From Oculina patagonica (Eukaryota), in NCBI RefSeq assembly GCF_052425735.1, contig NC_135769.1:25854001-25918000 (forward strand): 64,000 nt of DNA. The letters are read 5' to 3'. The notes beneath the pieces are model-generated. The model was not told the DNA's origin. It worked only from the letters and a program-made list of their open reading frames with translations, and ran no database searches. This document shows, piece after piece, positions 1 to 14,100 of the stretch. Position 1 is the first letter of the stretch, and each line of letters opens with the position of its first letter. A program made the translations under genes and the position numbers.

Positions 1-678
1 AAATAAACTGCACTTTCACACATATACAAATTTTGGCTCGTGTTAATTTTTAATAAAAACATCTTCCGATCCGAGTGTCGCGCGGTCGTTGTTTACTTCG
101 TACGGTCAATACCCAACTCATACAACTAGCAACAACTCCTTCCATTTCCACTAAACTGTGCGGAGCTCGTTTAATTTTAGTTTTTTTTTCTATACGAAGA
201 CAATCTCAACAGTGTCTCAAGTGATTCCTGGTTCTATAAATGACATATATAGGTTAAGACACTTAAAAAAAATAGTAGCGGCGCCTTTGAGAGTCGAGAG
301 TGTTATGGGCGAAACTTAGCAGCTGCGAACCTATACTGCAATATAAACTTTTGTAAATTAGATTTTTCAACTTCAGTACCGTCTTCCCGTTTTTCAAGTG
401 AAAACTAAATGGCCGGTAGCTAGGCGCATGTCACTGAAGCACCAACTTGTAGAACCATGGCTCTTTTTGCTAGAAAAAAAATGCTGTTATTTTAAACTCG
501 AGCGTTACGTTCAGAATACTTGTTTTGTATTTATTACGTCACTTCTGTCTTTATGCGTTTGTTAGTGTTTATATACAGCTATTTCAATAAACGTTGTCTG
601 GTCAAAGCTAAAACCTAAAAAGCAAGACCGTAGGGCGTTTTGGGTATTCACTGCAAATTTACATATAAGTTTCATTAA

Positions 679-1466
679 GGGCCCACTGACGGATTTCTCG
701 CGCGTTGCTAAGGTGCTAAAAGAGCGCGCGCTGTATTGCGTGTACGGGTTACTCACGCTATCTGTACGCGCCAGATGTGCAAAAAAATTCCTTTCGAGCA
801 CTTCTTCAAACTCGCCAAATAAGATGAAACAATAAGAACTACCGAAAAACTTCCTGACTATAAAAAGTTGACTTCACATCTGAGAATCAGTCAGATTAAA
901 TTGAACCAGGAAAAGCAGTTTTTTTACACATGCAAATAATCTCAAAAGCGTACGCATACAACTAGCGCGCGCACCGTTCTCTTGTCAGATGAATTACGCA
1001 TGCGTTAACAAAATGATTTCCGGTTTGCAGAAAAAATCTAAATACTTGGCGGTCTTTAATTTGATTCACTTTTTTTCGACGTTATATTTTTCCGACCTGG
1101 GTCGGGAACATAACTAAGTATTCATTTGCTTAAATCATTTTTAATAAAAATTTTATGGACAAATCAATATTTTAAGTCTCTCTAAAAAAATTATTTTCCA
1201 TAATGAAATGAAACCCATACTTACCAAGATACAAAAACAAATTTAGATCATGACACCATGAATGATTTTCTGATAACATGCAAAACATTAAAAATTTTAA
1301 ACTTTTTCTTTATTGGTCACGTGATCATGGGCGTGGCCCGATGACGTCATATTTACGTTATGGACTGAGTAAAAGATTCAACCATAACTAAACAAGAAAA
1401 ATTTCTATAACTATATAACCGTGAATGTCCCTAGCAACGGGTCCAAATATATACGTCAGTGGGCCC
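679..1466. mobile_element. Non-autonomous TIR DNA transposon with TTAA target duplication (Kolobok-like)
   Basis: TTAA|GGGCCCACTGACG (675-691) ... CGTCAGTGGGCCC|TTAA (1454-1470): perfect 13-bp TIR. TTAA TSD with RR...YY termini fits Kolobok rather than piggyBac. No transposase ORF. Confidence 0.75.
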
Positions 1467-3924
1467 TTAAATGCACAAATTTGTATTTCGCACGGGAAGA
1501 ATTCACGAGTTTGTTTTTCATTTCAGGAAGTCTTTCTGTAGCTTTACTTTCACTGTCTCTTGGCTCTGAGTTTTTGAAAATTCTTCTTTAATTCAGTGTG
1601 GCTAAAAACACCTCGTTTCACATGTTTGAAGAAAATGAAAACGTGGAAATTTGCGTTTGCCATGTCACTATATATTTTAGTATTCAGCACGTGCAGTTAC
1701 TCTCTTCTTCTACCCAAAAGCGTTCAGTCACGTTTTTAACTTCCTGTACATTTGTCTGCGTTTTCTCTGCAGATTTACGTTCCAGTTCTGTGAGTTGATG
1801 CGGTTCGCGGGAAAAAATTATGGATAAATGTATGGGAAATTAAAAACGTATAGAATGCTTTCTAGCCCCACTACATCCTTCAAACTTGGTGAATAAAAAC
1901 TTTTGCCTATAGCTAGTATCTTAACTTTAGAATTCATAAGTTGTCCAGAATTTAATTTTTGTAAAAGATATTTGCCGTCGGATTTCCATACAAACACAAA
2001 CAATTTCTACCCGCTTTGCCTACTCGTCAAGATGGCGTCGAAAACCGTGATAAAGCCTTTTAGTCACTTTACTTTAACAAAACATTCTTTTGGTGTTTTA
2101 ATGAAATACTGTGAAGAAGATTTAAAGTGACTAACAGCTGTCTTAAAAGCAAACCATGTATTCATCTTTTCTAGCTCAGCTATTTATTTTTATTTATGGA
2201 ATAAAAAAATAATGAAAGATGATAAGTGTCAGTTAAGCATGTTTTAAATGTTTACATCAGTTGTAAAATTAACAAGCGCGAAACAGATATACCTAGTCTG
2301 TTTTTGGTCATGTAACTACTGTAGCTATTATTGGCGTAATGGCTGTTAATTTTAATTTAATTTTCGTCTTTTGAGGGACGATCCTCCATTGTCGATCTAT
2401 ATAGTTAAGCGCGCTGTCGTAGCTAAACGTAACACAAGAAAGAAAGCCCAAGCATTTTGAGATTTTCTCAGCTTCGCGTCAAAAAAAAATAGCCGGTTTA
2501 TGAAGCAATAATATATACAAGTAATTTTATATCACTGACACCATACAAGTTTAATGTCACTCTCTGCCAATTCTTAGTTTTATTTTAACAAAATGCTGTA
2601 GGAGTTTATAAGAAACTTCACTTAACAGCTAACTTGACCTTAATTATCATAAAGGAAAACATTTTCGTGCGTTTCGACAGAGATAAAAAAACACAAGTAG
2701 AGGTTGTCATGTCAGATTGGCGATGCTGGGTGGCATCTTGGCTTCCCACAGTGTTTTCTTTAGAACAAAACCCATGTAAGTGTATTTAGTGTTTTTCTTA
2801 TGTAATATATTGACTACAGGAGGTTCACTTTGTTGGTGGAATGAATATTGCTGTGCTTATTGTAGAGACTTTAAATCAACAGACAAACATTTGAAATTAA
2901 GCGCGAGAAACGTGTTTTAAAAAAAATCCAACTGGTAGGATGCAATCTACAAAGCGTTGCCGAGGAGTTAAGCTCGGGACTACCAAACCCAGTTATTGGT
3001 AGAGCAGAGCGGAGACTGATTTCAACAAGGCAAGGGGGACCAAAATTTCAAGTCCAGCTTCTTATAAGCTACTCGGTCATGCCGCCTCAATAATAAGTTG
3101 TAATTAGAGAATGTTCTCTATTCTCCCAATACAAGCAATATTTTTAAATCACTAGGATACCAGAAGTTCCCAAACCGCCAAACACCACACTTCCTGATAT
3201 TAAAACAGAGTGTGCCACATGTTGTTTTGTGCAGTAGTTCTCAAAATATGCTGACTGTCTTCCGCAGTTAGTCAATTTACCTTTAGAAAAACAATCCATT
3301 TATGGTGTTTTTCTGAAATACTGTAAAGAAACATTAAGTGAGTAACAGCTGTCATAAAAGCCACCATATATTCCTTTTTATCTAGCTCAGCTATTTCTAT
3401 TTATGGAATAAAATAAATATTGGAAGAAGATAAATGTTAGTTTAAAGCATGTTTTAAATATTAAAATCAGATGTAACCCAAAAGCTGAACAATAAGCAAG
3501 CGAGGAACTGCAGACAGTCAACAATGGGTTAAATTTAATATACGCTTAAAATAATGGAAAAATAATGATGAAAGCCAAGGGCTAAGCCCGAAACGTTTGG
3601 ATTTAATTTAATTTGATCTTGGCACTTTAAACAACACTTTTCCATAATTATCACAACTAACAAGTGCCACGCAGCGAACGAAGATTCATTTCTTTTCGAA
3701 TACGCTTAAAATACCCCGTCTTTGTTACTGAAAAAATGCATGAGATTTGTTTTACAAAGCACCCCTACATAGGTTAGGCCAGAGATAAATGATTGTTATT
3801 GGATTACGTGTTTGTACTTTACTGGTTGGAATATATTTATAAGGTTCTCGCGGAGCTAAAGCTCTGAAAAGACTTGAATATGTTCAAAAGGAAATCTGTA
3901 GTCATTACTGAATGAGATCGGAAA

Positions 3925-6601
3925 ATGGCCGGAAAGACGAAACTCTTCATGAAGAGAAAAGGTAAGAATTTTCTTCATTTATTGCATTGCGAAAACACTA
4001 TAAACATGACAAACGAGAAATGTGTATCTGTGAATTGTGAAAATCTGCTTTTTCGCTTAAAGATAAGGCCGGCTTAGCGAATTTTAGTCACTGTGTAAAA
4101 CTTCCAGTCTTACGTTTGTTCCAGGTTTGCGGTACGTGCTGACGCTGGTAGGATTGTGCCATCCTGTGATTATTGCGATGGTACTTCTTTCCTTCGTGGA
4201 TAATTTCGTATTCGCAACAGCATCTCAATCCTATTTGCAGTCATATGATGTTATGATGTTTGAAATTCATGAAGGTGAGTCACCTTTGCTCTCTAGCTTA
4301 ACCCTCCACCTGACCTTAAAAGTCATTTCTGGCGTTTCTCTTTTCTCGTTTTAAAAATGGTGAATTATGTGAACTTATGATGAAAAATATTCTTTCTTCA
4401 GACTTCAGGCTCGTTGGTCACGTCATAGAAACAACGATTACTGATGAGGTCAACGGTGGTTTACGATGTAGAAGAAATAGAAAATGCCAGTCATACAGCT
4501 GTTATTCTAGCGGACGCAATGGCAACGAAACATGTGAATTGAACGACCACTCAAGTCACACGAGGCCACAGGACTTAATACCAGCCAAGGGATTCACTTA
4601 CCATGAGAAAAGTAAGCATATAACCACGGTTAAGTTAAAGAGACGAAACGCTTTTAATTTGTTAGCTTTCCTTTTCCGTTTATAGCCCCAACATTGTGTT
4701 TACCTTGTAATTTAATTCCTAGCACGATAGACAATTATTTTCTCCATAAAATTAAGGGGGAACTACAATGTATTTTCTACTGAAGACTTTTTAACATAAT
4801 GTTATGCTTTTTAACTTCTATAAGTGAGTTTTTTGCAATGTATGTTCTATTAAAGCTTTTTGATTTTCTTTTTCGAACGCCACCCTCAAAAGTAAATTTC
4901 GACGAAACGCTTTAAATTTATAATTCCAGCGTTAACCTTTAGTGAGTTTTTCGCATATTATTAGGGGGAAGATACCTAACTATAAAATATTTGTTGTTGA
5001 AGATTTTTTGACTTCATATCCTGGGCTTCCTAACTTCAATGCGTGACATTACCTTTTTATTAAATAATCGAACTCTTCATTTTCTTTCTTGAATCCCAAC
5101 CGCATTTGGTTAAGTTACATTAACACAACAGGAAATTATTCCATTAAAACTCAAGCAGGTCATACTTTTTAATTCGACTTTATCCGTTATCGAATTATAT
5201 TATATTAACCCATTAAACAATGCAATCCATATTTTTTTGATTTGGCCAAATCAGAATAAGAAATCATCCGCCATCAGTTTGGCTTGTCACTTTTCATTCA
5301 TTTTCCTTTTCATTTGCTTTTTTAAGCGGCTGTATTTTTTAAAACCGTCCACTCAATCTCACGTCAAAAAATGATTTTGCTTGAGACTCTGGCAACTGAG
5401 AGACTTTACTAAAACAGATTTAGTTTGTTTCAACATGAATTTCTGGCCGCGTTAAGAGCCATGAAATATTTTGTCCATTCGGGCCCGCCGCAACGTCATA
5501 AGAAATTGGGCATTTTTCGAGCAACTGTAAAATATTTAATTTGCATTAAACACTGACAATTTTTATATCAAATTGTTCATAAACATTTCTTGTTTTCTAA
5601 GAAAGAAGCAAAACATAAAACTGGAATTATCTAAATTAATGTGACCTAACAACTTTCAGAAGAAACCGTTTACTATTGCAGTCGTACAAGGATGGAATTC
5701 CCTTTGGCCTGGCCATTCATGTAAAAGCATCATGGATTCTGGTCACTCCAGAGGAGACGGGGAGTACTGGATTGCTCCTGAGGGTAACGGAAACCCTATA
5801 CCAGTGTACTGTGACATGACAACTGAAGGTGGTAAGTGATAGTGAGTGATAATGATAATAATGATAATAATGTTGATAGTATTCGCACAAGCAAATTCAA
5901 TATTATATTAAAGTCTTGGTGCTCGCGTAAACGTGTTCTCAACTAAACCTTATATTGGTCTATATAATCCAAAATACTGATTCCTTTTGCCAACTTTTCT
6001 TTTATATTCAAATTTATAACAAAAGTATCGGCGCATGACATACTGTTTTTCAGGAGGCTGGCTTCTGATCTACAACATTGTGATTAACGGCTCATCAGCT
6101 CCTACCACCTTGGATATTCAAACATCATACCGCGGAATCAGTCATTACAACAACAGCAACATGGTCCTAGCGACTACTGCCTTGAATGAGCTGAGAACAC
6201 ATTTGCCTTTCACTCAGCTGAGGTTTCAGTGCAATAAACAAATCACTCCACGTTCGTTTCACGTGATGACGGTCCCTGACAGCAGAGGGGAAGCTGTAGT
6301 CCAGTACTACAGCCTTCAGACGGATGTCCAGCCCGACGCCTGTGGATCATTTGTAACACTGGATGATGACAACTCGGTTATTGCAGGGGATTGTGCCAGA
6401 TGGGGAGGCGAAAATGGTGACTGGTGGGTTGGTAAATGGGGGATAACAGGAGATCGCGAATTATACGATTATACGGCACATATTTACTATCAATACAATT
6501 GGGCTACTAATCCATTTCGGCCCGTACCTAGATGGGAATGTGATGACTATTATAATAGAGCTGTAACACATGGAGACTTTTGGAAGATTTATGTCCGTTA
6601 A
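3925..6601 (+). CDS. Gene A1 (intact, 364 aa): leader/hydrophobic segment + PAN/apple + fibrinogen-like (YCDMTT-GGGW) module + variable C-terminal domain
   Basis: Exons 3925-3961, 4125-4274, 4402-4611, 5682-5831, 6054-6601. All introns GT-AG and phase 1; total 1095 nt, open to TAA. Reads MAGKTKLFMKRKG-LRYVLTLVGLCHPVIIAMVLLSFVDNFVFA...; PAN-like LRCRRNRKCQSYSC...TCELNDH...GFTYHEK; SCKSIMDSGHSRGDGEYWIAPEGNGNPIPVYCDMTTEGGGW. Same exon sizes in paralogs. Confidence 0.88.
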
Positions 6602-9116
6602 TCAATAGCAACTTTGCGTATCCCTAAGAATTGAGGGGAGGGGGGGGGGGAAACCATGGAGGAAATTCACGTAGCTCAGTTGCTATAATTGCACTCATTT
6701 TAGGTATTAGGTACTACAGGTACAGTACTTATTATTAGAAATCAGCCGGTTAGAAGGCACGGGCCAAAAACCTTAGTTTTTACACGATATTCGCCACTTT
6801 AGAGACGAGGAGGAAACTAGGGAGAGTCTCATCCCGATCATATTATCATCAAGGCTCTTTAAATTATTTTCATCTAACAACCTAGCTCGAAAGGTTAATA
6901 AACGCACCTTTCTTTGATCACCTGGCTAGCCTAGAAGATTTCTTAGTTTTCATTTGTGACGTAATCGCGGCGTCGATGCGTTTATTTGCAAGATTGACAA
7001 CGCAACTAGGACACGTTATAATCTACTAACTTGAAAGTGCTTTCGCATAGCGAGTGGGCTGAAAAATAGAGTCCAATAAAAGACTATAAGCTGTATAGGC
7101 TACACCGCTGAGTAAGTGATATAGGAGATATGAGACATCTTAAATAAAGCATAATCTTGGATTAGATCAAGAAAATGGATGATTTTTTATTTATTTCCAG
7201 ATTTGCAATATTTAGTAAACTATGTTATTACAGTGGCAAATGTTACCGAGCCCTAGAGGCCGGAATTTTTTGTCTTAGAGCCTTGATTGTCACAGTGTTT
7301 GTCAGTTTAAAGTTCTCCCTAGATGTGTAGTTTATGACAACTCATTTCCCTATTATATTAATGTCCCTCTCTTTCCGATACGCTTTCGAGGCATTTGGTA
7401 ACAACATTGAATAAGGGGGAAACTGAGGCATCATATGTATCATATATTATATAAATAACAAAATTAATTGCCATTCTATTTTGCATGGGTTTAGGTGTAG
7501 AATTTTCAGCTAAGTAACAAATTAATATTTTAAGTATGCAATTTTAATATGTAAACGATCTCACTGAGTTTTGAACTCAGACCATTGACAATGGTCTGAG
7601 TTCAAAACTCATTTTGACATCAATGACGAACAGAACGACTTCAGAAACCACCACAAATGAACGTAAACCTTGCACGAAGTTGAGGCGATCTACTGTATTA
7701 CGGCTATACCGCGCCGACAAAACCGCAGGTTCATGCTAGGTTTCCCTGAAGGGGAAAAAAGCCAAGGCACCACAGAAAAACGACAAAGGATCGTGCTTAA
7801 CGCAGTCAAGATTATCTTTCTTTGCTAGAGAAGGGTTACAGAAAACGGGAGAATTTTGAGTGAAAACGGTGGGCCAAAACGGGAGGGTTGGAATCTCTGG
7901 AGGTTGTAGCAAACAGTTGGTGTTAGGGATCAGCTAAGGTTTAATTTGTCCATTTAATTATTGCATATAACATTGAATTTATTTACTAACATTTTACAAG
8001 TATTTTAACGTTAGCGGTTTCAATTTAGGGGGTTCGACCGAACCCCCCGAACCCCCCCCCCCTAGATCCGTCCCAGATTGTGTTGTTCTTCCTTATTTGT
8101 AGCACAATGAACGCGTTCAGTTTAAATTGTATTAACTTTCAATAAATCATTTTAAAATCATTTTTGTTTCTTGGATGTGTTTTTTTTTTCAATTAGACTT
8201 AACAGGTGACTTAACGTCAGTAGGTTACGACTCAATGGTGTGGGGGCTTTAGCTTGTCTTTTATTGCTGATGCAATAATCTGAAAAGAAACTTTTGAAGG
8301 AAAAATGCGCAACTTTCCGTGCTTGTAAAATCGACAATTTTATCGGGGAATACTCAAATATTGGAATTGTGTATTTCAAATAGTAAATTATACAGAAAGA
8401 AATACCGTAGAATTCCGGTTATAAGCCCTGGACTTATACAACTTTGTAAGGGGTTTTGGGTGGGCTTATAAGCGGAGGATTTATATATCCGGGAGGGCTT
8501 ATAAGCGGAATGGAAAAATCGTTTCGAAAAGAGCCAAGTGAGTTTTGATCGAAATGCGTTTTTAAGTTAAAAATGCATAATAAAGCAACATTTAGCCCTG
8601 GCTGGTGCGTTAGTGTAATGTCGATGCACACGGGTGTTTGGCGATAAAAGTGTAACAGTAGCCCCGAACAACTCTAGTTTCTTATGTGACCGTTAGTACA
8701 TCTACAAATCTGGTGATTTTTAATTTAATTTGCTCTTTTTGTAGACGATCTCCCATTGTCAATTGCTAAATGTGCTGTCTTAGCCTTAGACAACGACACT
8801 AAGGATGAAAGCCCAAACTAACTACTGAACTTCGCGTCAGAAGAGTCGTCGGTTTATGTAGCAATGGTTTTAAAAGTACTCGCTGATGGCTCGCGTTTCC
8901 CGAGTACGTTTATTGGTCAAAAACCACTCGAGTAACCATAAAAATAATAAAGAAACAAACAAATAAAAAACAAAAGAAAACTGAAATGACTTTATTGGTG
9001 GCATGAGCGCTGCTGTGCTAATTGTGGATGCTGTTAGCAACAAACAAATATTTAATATACAGTCAAATATCCCAACTGGTAAGAATCTTTTTATACAACG
9101 CGCGGACTGGGACTGG

Positions 9117-10443
9117 TTTTTGAGTCTAATGCTTGCGTGCGCTTTGCGCATGCGCATTAGACTCTTTGTTATATGAAAAAAGCTGTTAGCAATCCCAAGG
9201 GAATGGTTCGGGATCGATAATCGTTCGCTGTAATGTAGAAAACAATGATCAGCTGCAAGAACGGACTCCGTACGGACACGCACGATTAGTTTCAATTAAA
9301 AACAGCCAATCAGCGACACGTGTTCCCACGCATAATTAAAAGTTCTTTCTCAAGTCACGATTATTCAACACTTGAACAGGACGTAATAATTTTCCAGTTA
9401 AGACATTTGGAAGCTTTTTGTGAAAATAAATCTTCGTTTTCAGTTCAGTTAAGCACTTGTGTTTTCGTCTTGCTTAAAAAGCAAGACGTCTTTGAGAAAA
9501 AATATTTCGACGGCGACTCGCGTTTATTTACACAATGCGACCAAATATTTATTTTGTTTTAAAAAATAGAAAACTTTACCTCGTATTTTGTATTTAAGTC
9601 ATTCGAATTTTGACCAATTTTTTCTTTACAGTGCAAACAAAAACCTTCAAAAATAAAAGATGTACATGGATAAATGTAAATCAAGTTACGCGACTAAATC
9701 AAAATGCGTTTGTTTGGCCGCTTTGCAGTATTACACTGTCCCGGCCTTTGCCATACACTGAAATCGAATTTCATGCTTTTACGACTCTCAGAGATCTTAA
9801 GTTCTTCTTACAGCTAGAAAAATCATAAAATGGTTACATTGATATGGAAGTGATGATTCGCGAAATTTGTACATCATGATAAACAGTCTTCGCTCCTGTG
9901 TATGGTAGCTCGATAATAATTGCCAAGTTTCCAGCGTTCAAAAGGTCATCATTATATTGACGTGAGCATTTACACCCGTTTTTAGGAAAATCTGTCACTA
10001 AGTGCTTACAGTACAATGGAGTAACAGTCACTATTTCAAGTGCTTTTATTGCAAAATCTGTTTCAAGAGTCATCATCAAAATGGTGAAAAATCTGAAAGA
10101 AAACGATGTGAAGTTCTTCAACCCTTGTTGTAATGAACATGCTTTTTGTAAATCGTCACGCAATCTTGTCCAAATGTTTAATCGTTTCTGCTTTTACGGA
10201 CAATACGGAAGAAGTAACATCAACTCCTGTTCATACTTTAAATTTTGTGAAGCATATAACATTTATGACTGTTTCGTTTTTATCCATAATCATCCACGAT
10301 GCCCCTAGCTTGCTATAAGCATTTTAAATTAAACTCCCGAACACAAACCTCTAACCAATTTTAACCGGCTTACGAAAACCGCGCAATCTGTATCACTATG
10401 CCATACGGCATTAGACTCATGTCACCCTTGGTGACCTATTTTT
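9117..10443 (+). mobile_element. Helentron-associated non-autonomous element (HINE-like), family 1
   Basis: T-run, subTIR GAGTCTAATGC (9122-9132) with local inverted copy (9154-9164), 3' subTIR GCATTAGACTC (10408-10418), hairpin GTCACC-CTT-GGTGAC (10421-10435), then T-run. The paralogous site near 62200-62240 is empty (T-run). A 5' partial copy lies at ~38650-39390. Confidence 0.72.
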
Positions 10444-11107
10444 CTATTCTTTCTGCTCTCCCCGTATAAGCAATCTTTGTAAATCACCAGGATGCCAGAA
10501 AGTTCCTAGAACTGTAAACGCCGCTTTCAAATTAAAACAAAGCGTACCATATGTTGTTTTGTGTGGTAGTTCTCATAATGTAGTTACTGCCTTCTATAAT
10601 TAATTAATCTACTAACGTAGCTACTTAAACGGGGATGAAATTATTTATTTGTAATAGCCGGATATGTGGCAGTTGTGTAATTTCTGCAATTTACCTTTCA
10701 CCAGAACTTTACTTTTTTCATCTCAAATCTTCTATTCCAACGTAGGAGTAAGACTGGAACAGAACAAAATACACCCATAGTTAAACAATATTCTCTACTG
10801 TTTATATCACTCAAAGCTGCACTTTTCTCATTCAATCTCGTGAGTTCCAAAGAAATGGAAAAAATGAGACATTAACCTTTGTTTCCCGCAAACAAAGCAC
10901 AAAGGGTCTATATGTCACATTGGATATATATTTACAATAACTTTGGCAACATTTAACTAACGAGCGTGGAGCACCATCGAATCATATCGCAAATTGGATT
11001 TTGTTTTTCTTTGCTGTATAAATTCTTAATGACCTTTGGGAGGTTTTCAACATTAGCTACCAGCATATTCAACGAGATCATAAGAAAAGAATGTTTGCCT
11101 GAAGTTT

Positions 11108-14100
11108 ATGTTCTTTTACGGTTCCATGACTTATTTCCAGTCCTTTACATCTTTTCTTGTCGTGATTTTAAGGCTTTCTTGGACAGGTGTGTCGGCATCG
11201 GGTAGGTTTCTGTCGTGTTTTCTTTGTAACGTTGTGTTTAAGTTTATGATGTAAAACAATGTAATTTGATGCGTATATAGACTGCTTATACGTTCCTTCC
11301 ACGGATATTGAAATTTGCCCTTAATGAAATACTTTTGCCGTAGATTAACATTATTTCGAGCTCTGTTAGGGATGTTTCATAACTTATCCTACAAATACAA
11401 ACACTTTCTGCTTGTTAAATTAATTAATTATTAAAAAGCTTACACAAAATAACTAAGCCAAAGTAATTTTCATGAAATCAATGTTTTTCGTTAGGTCCAT
11501 TTACTATAAGTTTTTCATTCCGGTATATTTTTATTTTCTGCAAAATCTGCATCGCCAAAAGTTAGTTGAGGTTTTTTGGGACCTTCTGTTTTTCGTTGTC
11601 AAGGCAATACTGTAAAGCGAATAATGTCATGACGTAAGTTTCCCATCCGAGCAAAGAAAGAGAACTTAAAAAACTACTTGAAAAGTTAGGTATGGTCTCC
11701 AAAAACTGTCATACCTTTTGTTCTTTGCAATATAGAGCAATGCACAGCGAAGACAATCGGAAAGCCAGTTACAAACAAGGCTCTTATAAATCACGTGATC
11801 AGAACCCCGAGGGCGACGTCAGAGAAAGTGTGTGAGTTACACTGCTTTATGGAATCCGAGTGTGAATCATACAACTTTGGTCCAAAGGAAGGTGATGGGT
11901 ACGTGTGTGAGCTGAGTGACTCTGATTCTATCAGAGATCCCCTGGACTGGATTACAAAACTGGACTGGATTTGTTTACGCAGAAACCAAGGTATAATATG
12001 CAGCTTTGTTATGTTAGGACGATGTTTGGTCAAAAAGTCTTTACAATGCCAAGACTTAATCAATTTGCTCTAGTTCATATGACATTAACACCGCTTGGAA
12101 GAGGTAGGAGCGTTTTTATTTTTATATTTATTGTGTATTCTTGCGCAACCTCGTTTTTTCTTTTTTATTTGAACGAAAGAATCCATGCAGAGAGTTTCAG
12201 TGTCCTGATAATTCCCGCTGTCAATCAGACTTTGAACATGACACGCACCAGTGTGTGTGTGAAGCGGGATTCACTGGTAACAACTGTGAAGCAGGTTAGT
12301 TAAAAGTGGTTTAACATATTATGAAATACAGTTATTCTGAAAGTATATTTTAACAGATGTTTTCTTTTTGTTTAATTTTTCGCAGATGTAGACGAATGCA
12401 CGCAAGGAGTTGATGAGTGTCACGTGAATTCCACGTGCAACAATACCGAAGGATCGTACAACTGCACGTGCAAGGATGGATTCACGGGAGATGGATTAAC
12501 TTGTCAAGGTGAGAAAACCGTGTAACAGTCGAAAAGTTGAAAGTACTGCATAATCATGTGGGAAAATAGTTATAGTGGAGCTCCCTGCGGCTTGAAGGGC
12601 CGCAAAGCAGAGCCCCATACCGATCGAAAATTAACAGACCCATGCTTTTGGTTTTTCATGGTCATCATGGCTAGCGGGATGGTTCGCGGGCGCGTGCGCC
12701 TAGCGACGACGTCGCCACAACCTGATCATGAACATGGCAAGTCTCTCGATTTACCAGGAAAAACGAAATCAAGTGTGTAATGACCACTACCGATCGACAT
12801 CGAAAAAAGGCTGAAAATGACCTTTATTTAGAAGCGAATATTTTAATTTTGGGATCTAGCTGATAAACTCTAGTCTACACAGCCGAAAAGTGTAGTCTTT
12901 TAGCGGCTCAAATATGCAAAATCCCTTGTTCGTTTTCAGTATTTCAAAAGTTATTACCATTTGTATCAGCACATTTGCGAGGTATAACGACATTTCCGCT
13001 TAAATAAAATTCAAGCCACAAAAGCAGATTTTGTCATAAATACAGCTTACCTGTTTTCTACCTCTGGTTTATTCCACCTTTTGCCATTTTGCAATCCTCC
13101 AGATGGCTAAATTCCGATACATTTCTAATAAACAGGCAGGAATTACCTTCAAAACTTGAGGACGACTTCTACCGATCGAATATCTTGTTTCAAGCGAACA
13201 AAAGCTCAAAACCATGGCCATCTTTTGAGTTAAATAGCGTATCGAAAAATAAGCATCGAGAATCCGCAGACTATAAACTGTCCAAAGTTTCTGAAGTTTC
13301 CTTTTTGCGAGTTTTTCAATTTTACGTTGTTTCGGCCCAGAAAAAAACGAACAACGAATGTATTTAACTCCCGCCATTGTGACGCCATGCTTGGCCAATA
13401 ACTATTAAAATTGCATATCATATAAAATTATCTAAATGAATGTGACGTAGCACCTAACAGAAGAAACGGTTTACTATTGCAGTCAGACAAGGATGCAATT
13501 CCCTTTGGCCTGGCCATTCATGTAAAAGTATCATGGATTCTGGACACTCCAGAGGAGACGGGGAGTACTGTATCGACCCCGAGGGTAACGGAAACCCTAT
13601 ATCAGTGTACTGTGACATGACAACTGCCGGTGGTAAGTGATACTGATAATGACAGTGATAATGAAACTGATAGTGATAATAATGATGATGATGGAAATGA
13701 TGATGATGAAGAAGAAGATGATGATGATGATGGTATTCTTCTAAGCAAATTCCACATTTAAGTTTTGGTGCTTACGTAAACGTGTTGTCAAGTGTTGGGG
13801 CTAGCTTTGATCAGTGGTTTGCACACAGTTTGAAGCTTCCTCCGTGGTTCCTTAAAGGACAGACCAATTCAATTATTCCTTTTGCCCACTCTTCTTTTAT
13901 ATTCTCATTTATAACAAAAGAAACGGCACACAATATTTTTGTATTGAAGGAGGCTGGCTTCTGATCTACAACGTTGAAATTAACGGCTCATTGGCTCCTA
14001 CCACTTTGGATATTCAAACCTCATACCGTGGAATCAGCCATTACAACAACAGCAACATGGTCCTAGCGACAACCGCCTTGAATGAGCTGAGAACACATTT

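Noticed and set aside
6035-6053. ATG at 6035 as the start of a single-exon gene
   Set aside because: It lies in the intron upstream of the acceptor; paralogs have ACG here.
8870-10318. Cluster of short ORFs (repeated at 38637-39364)
   Set aside because: Inside a non-autonomous element; the repetition reflects DNA identity, not coding constraint.
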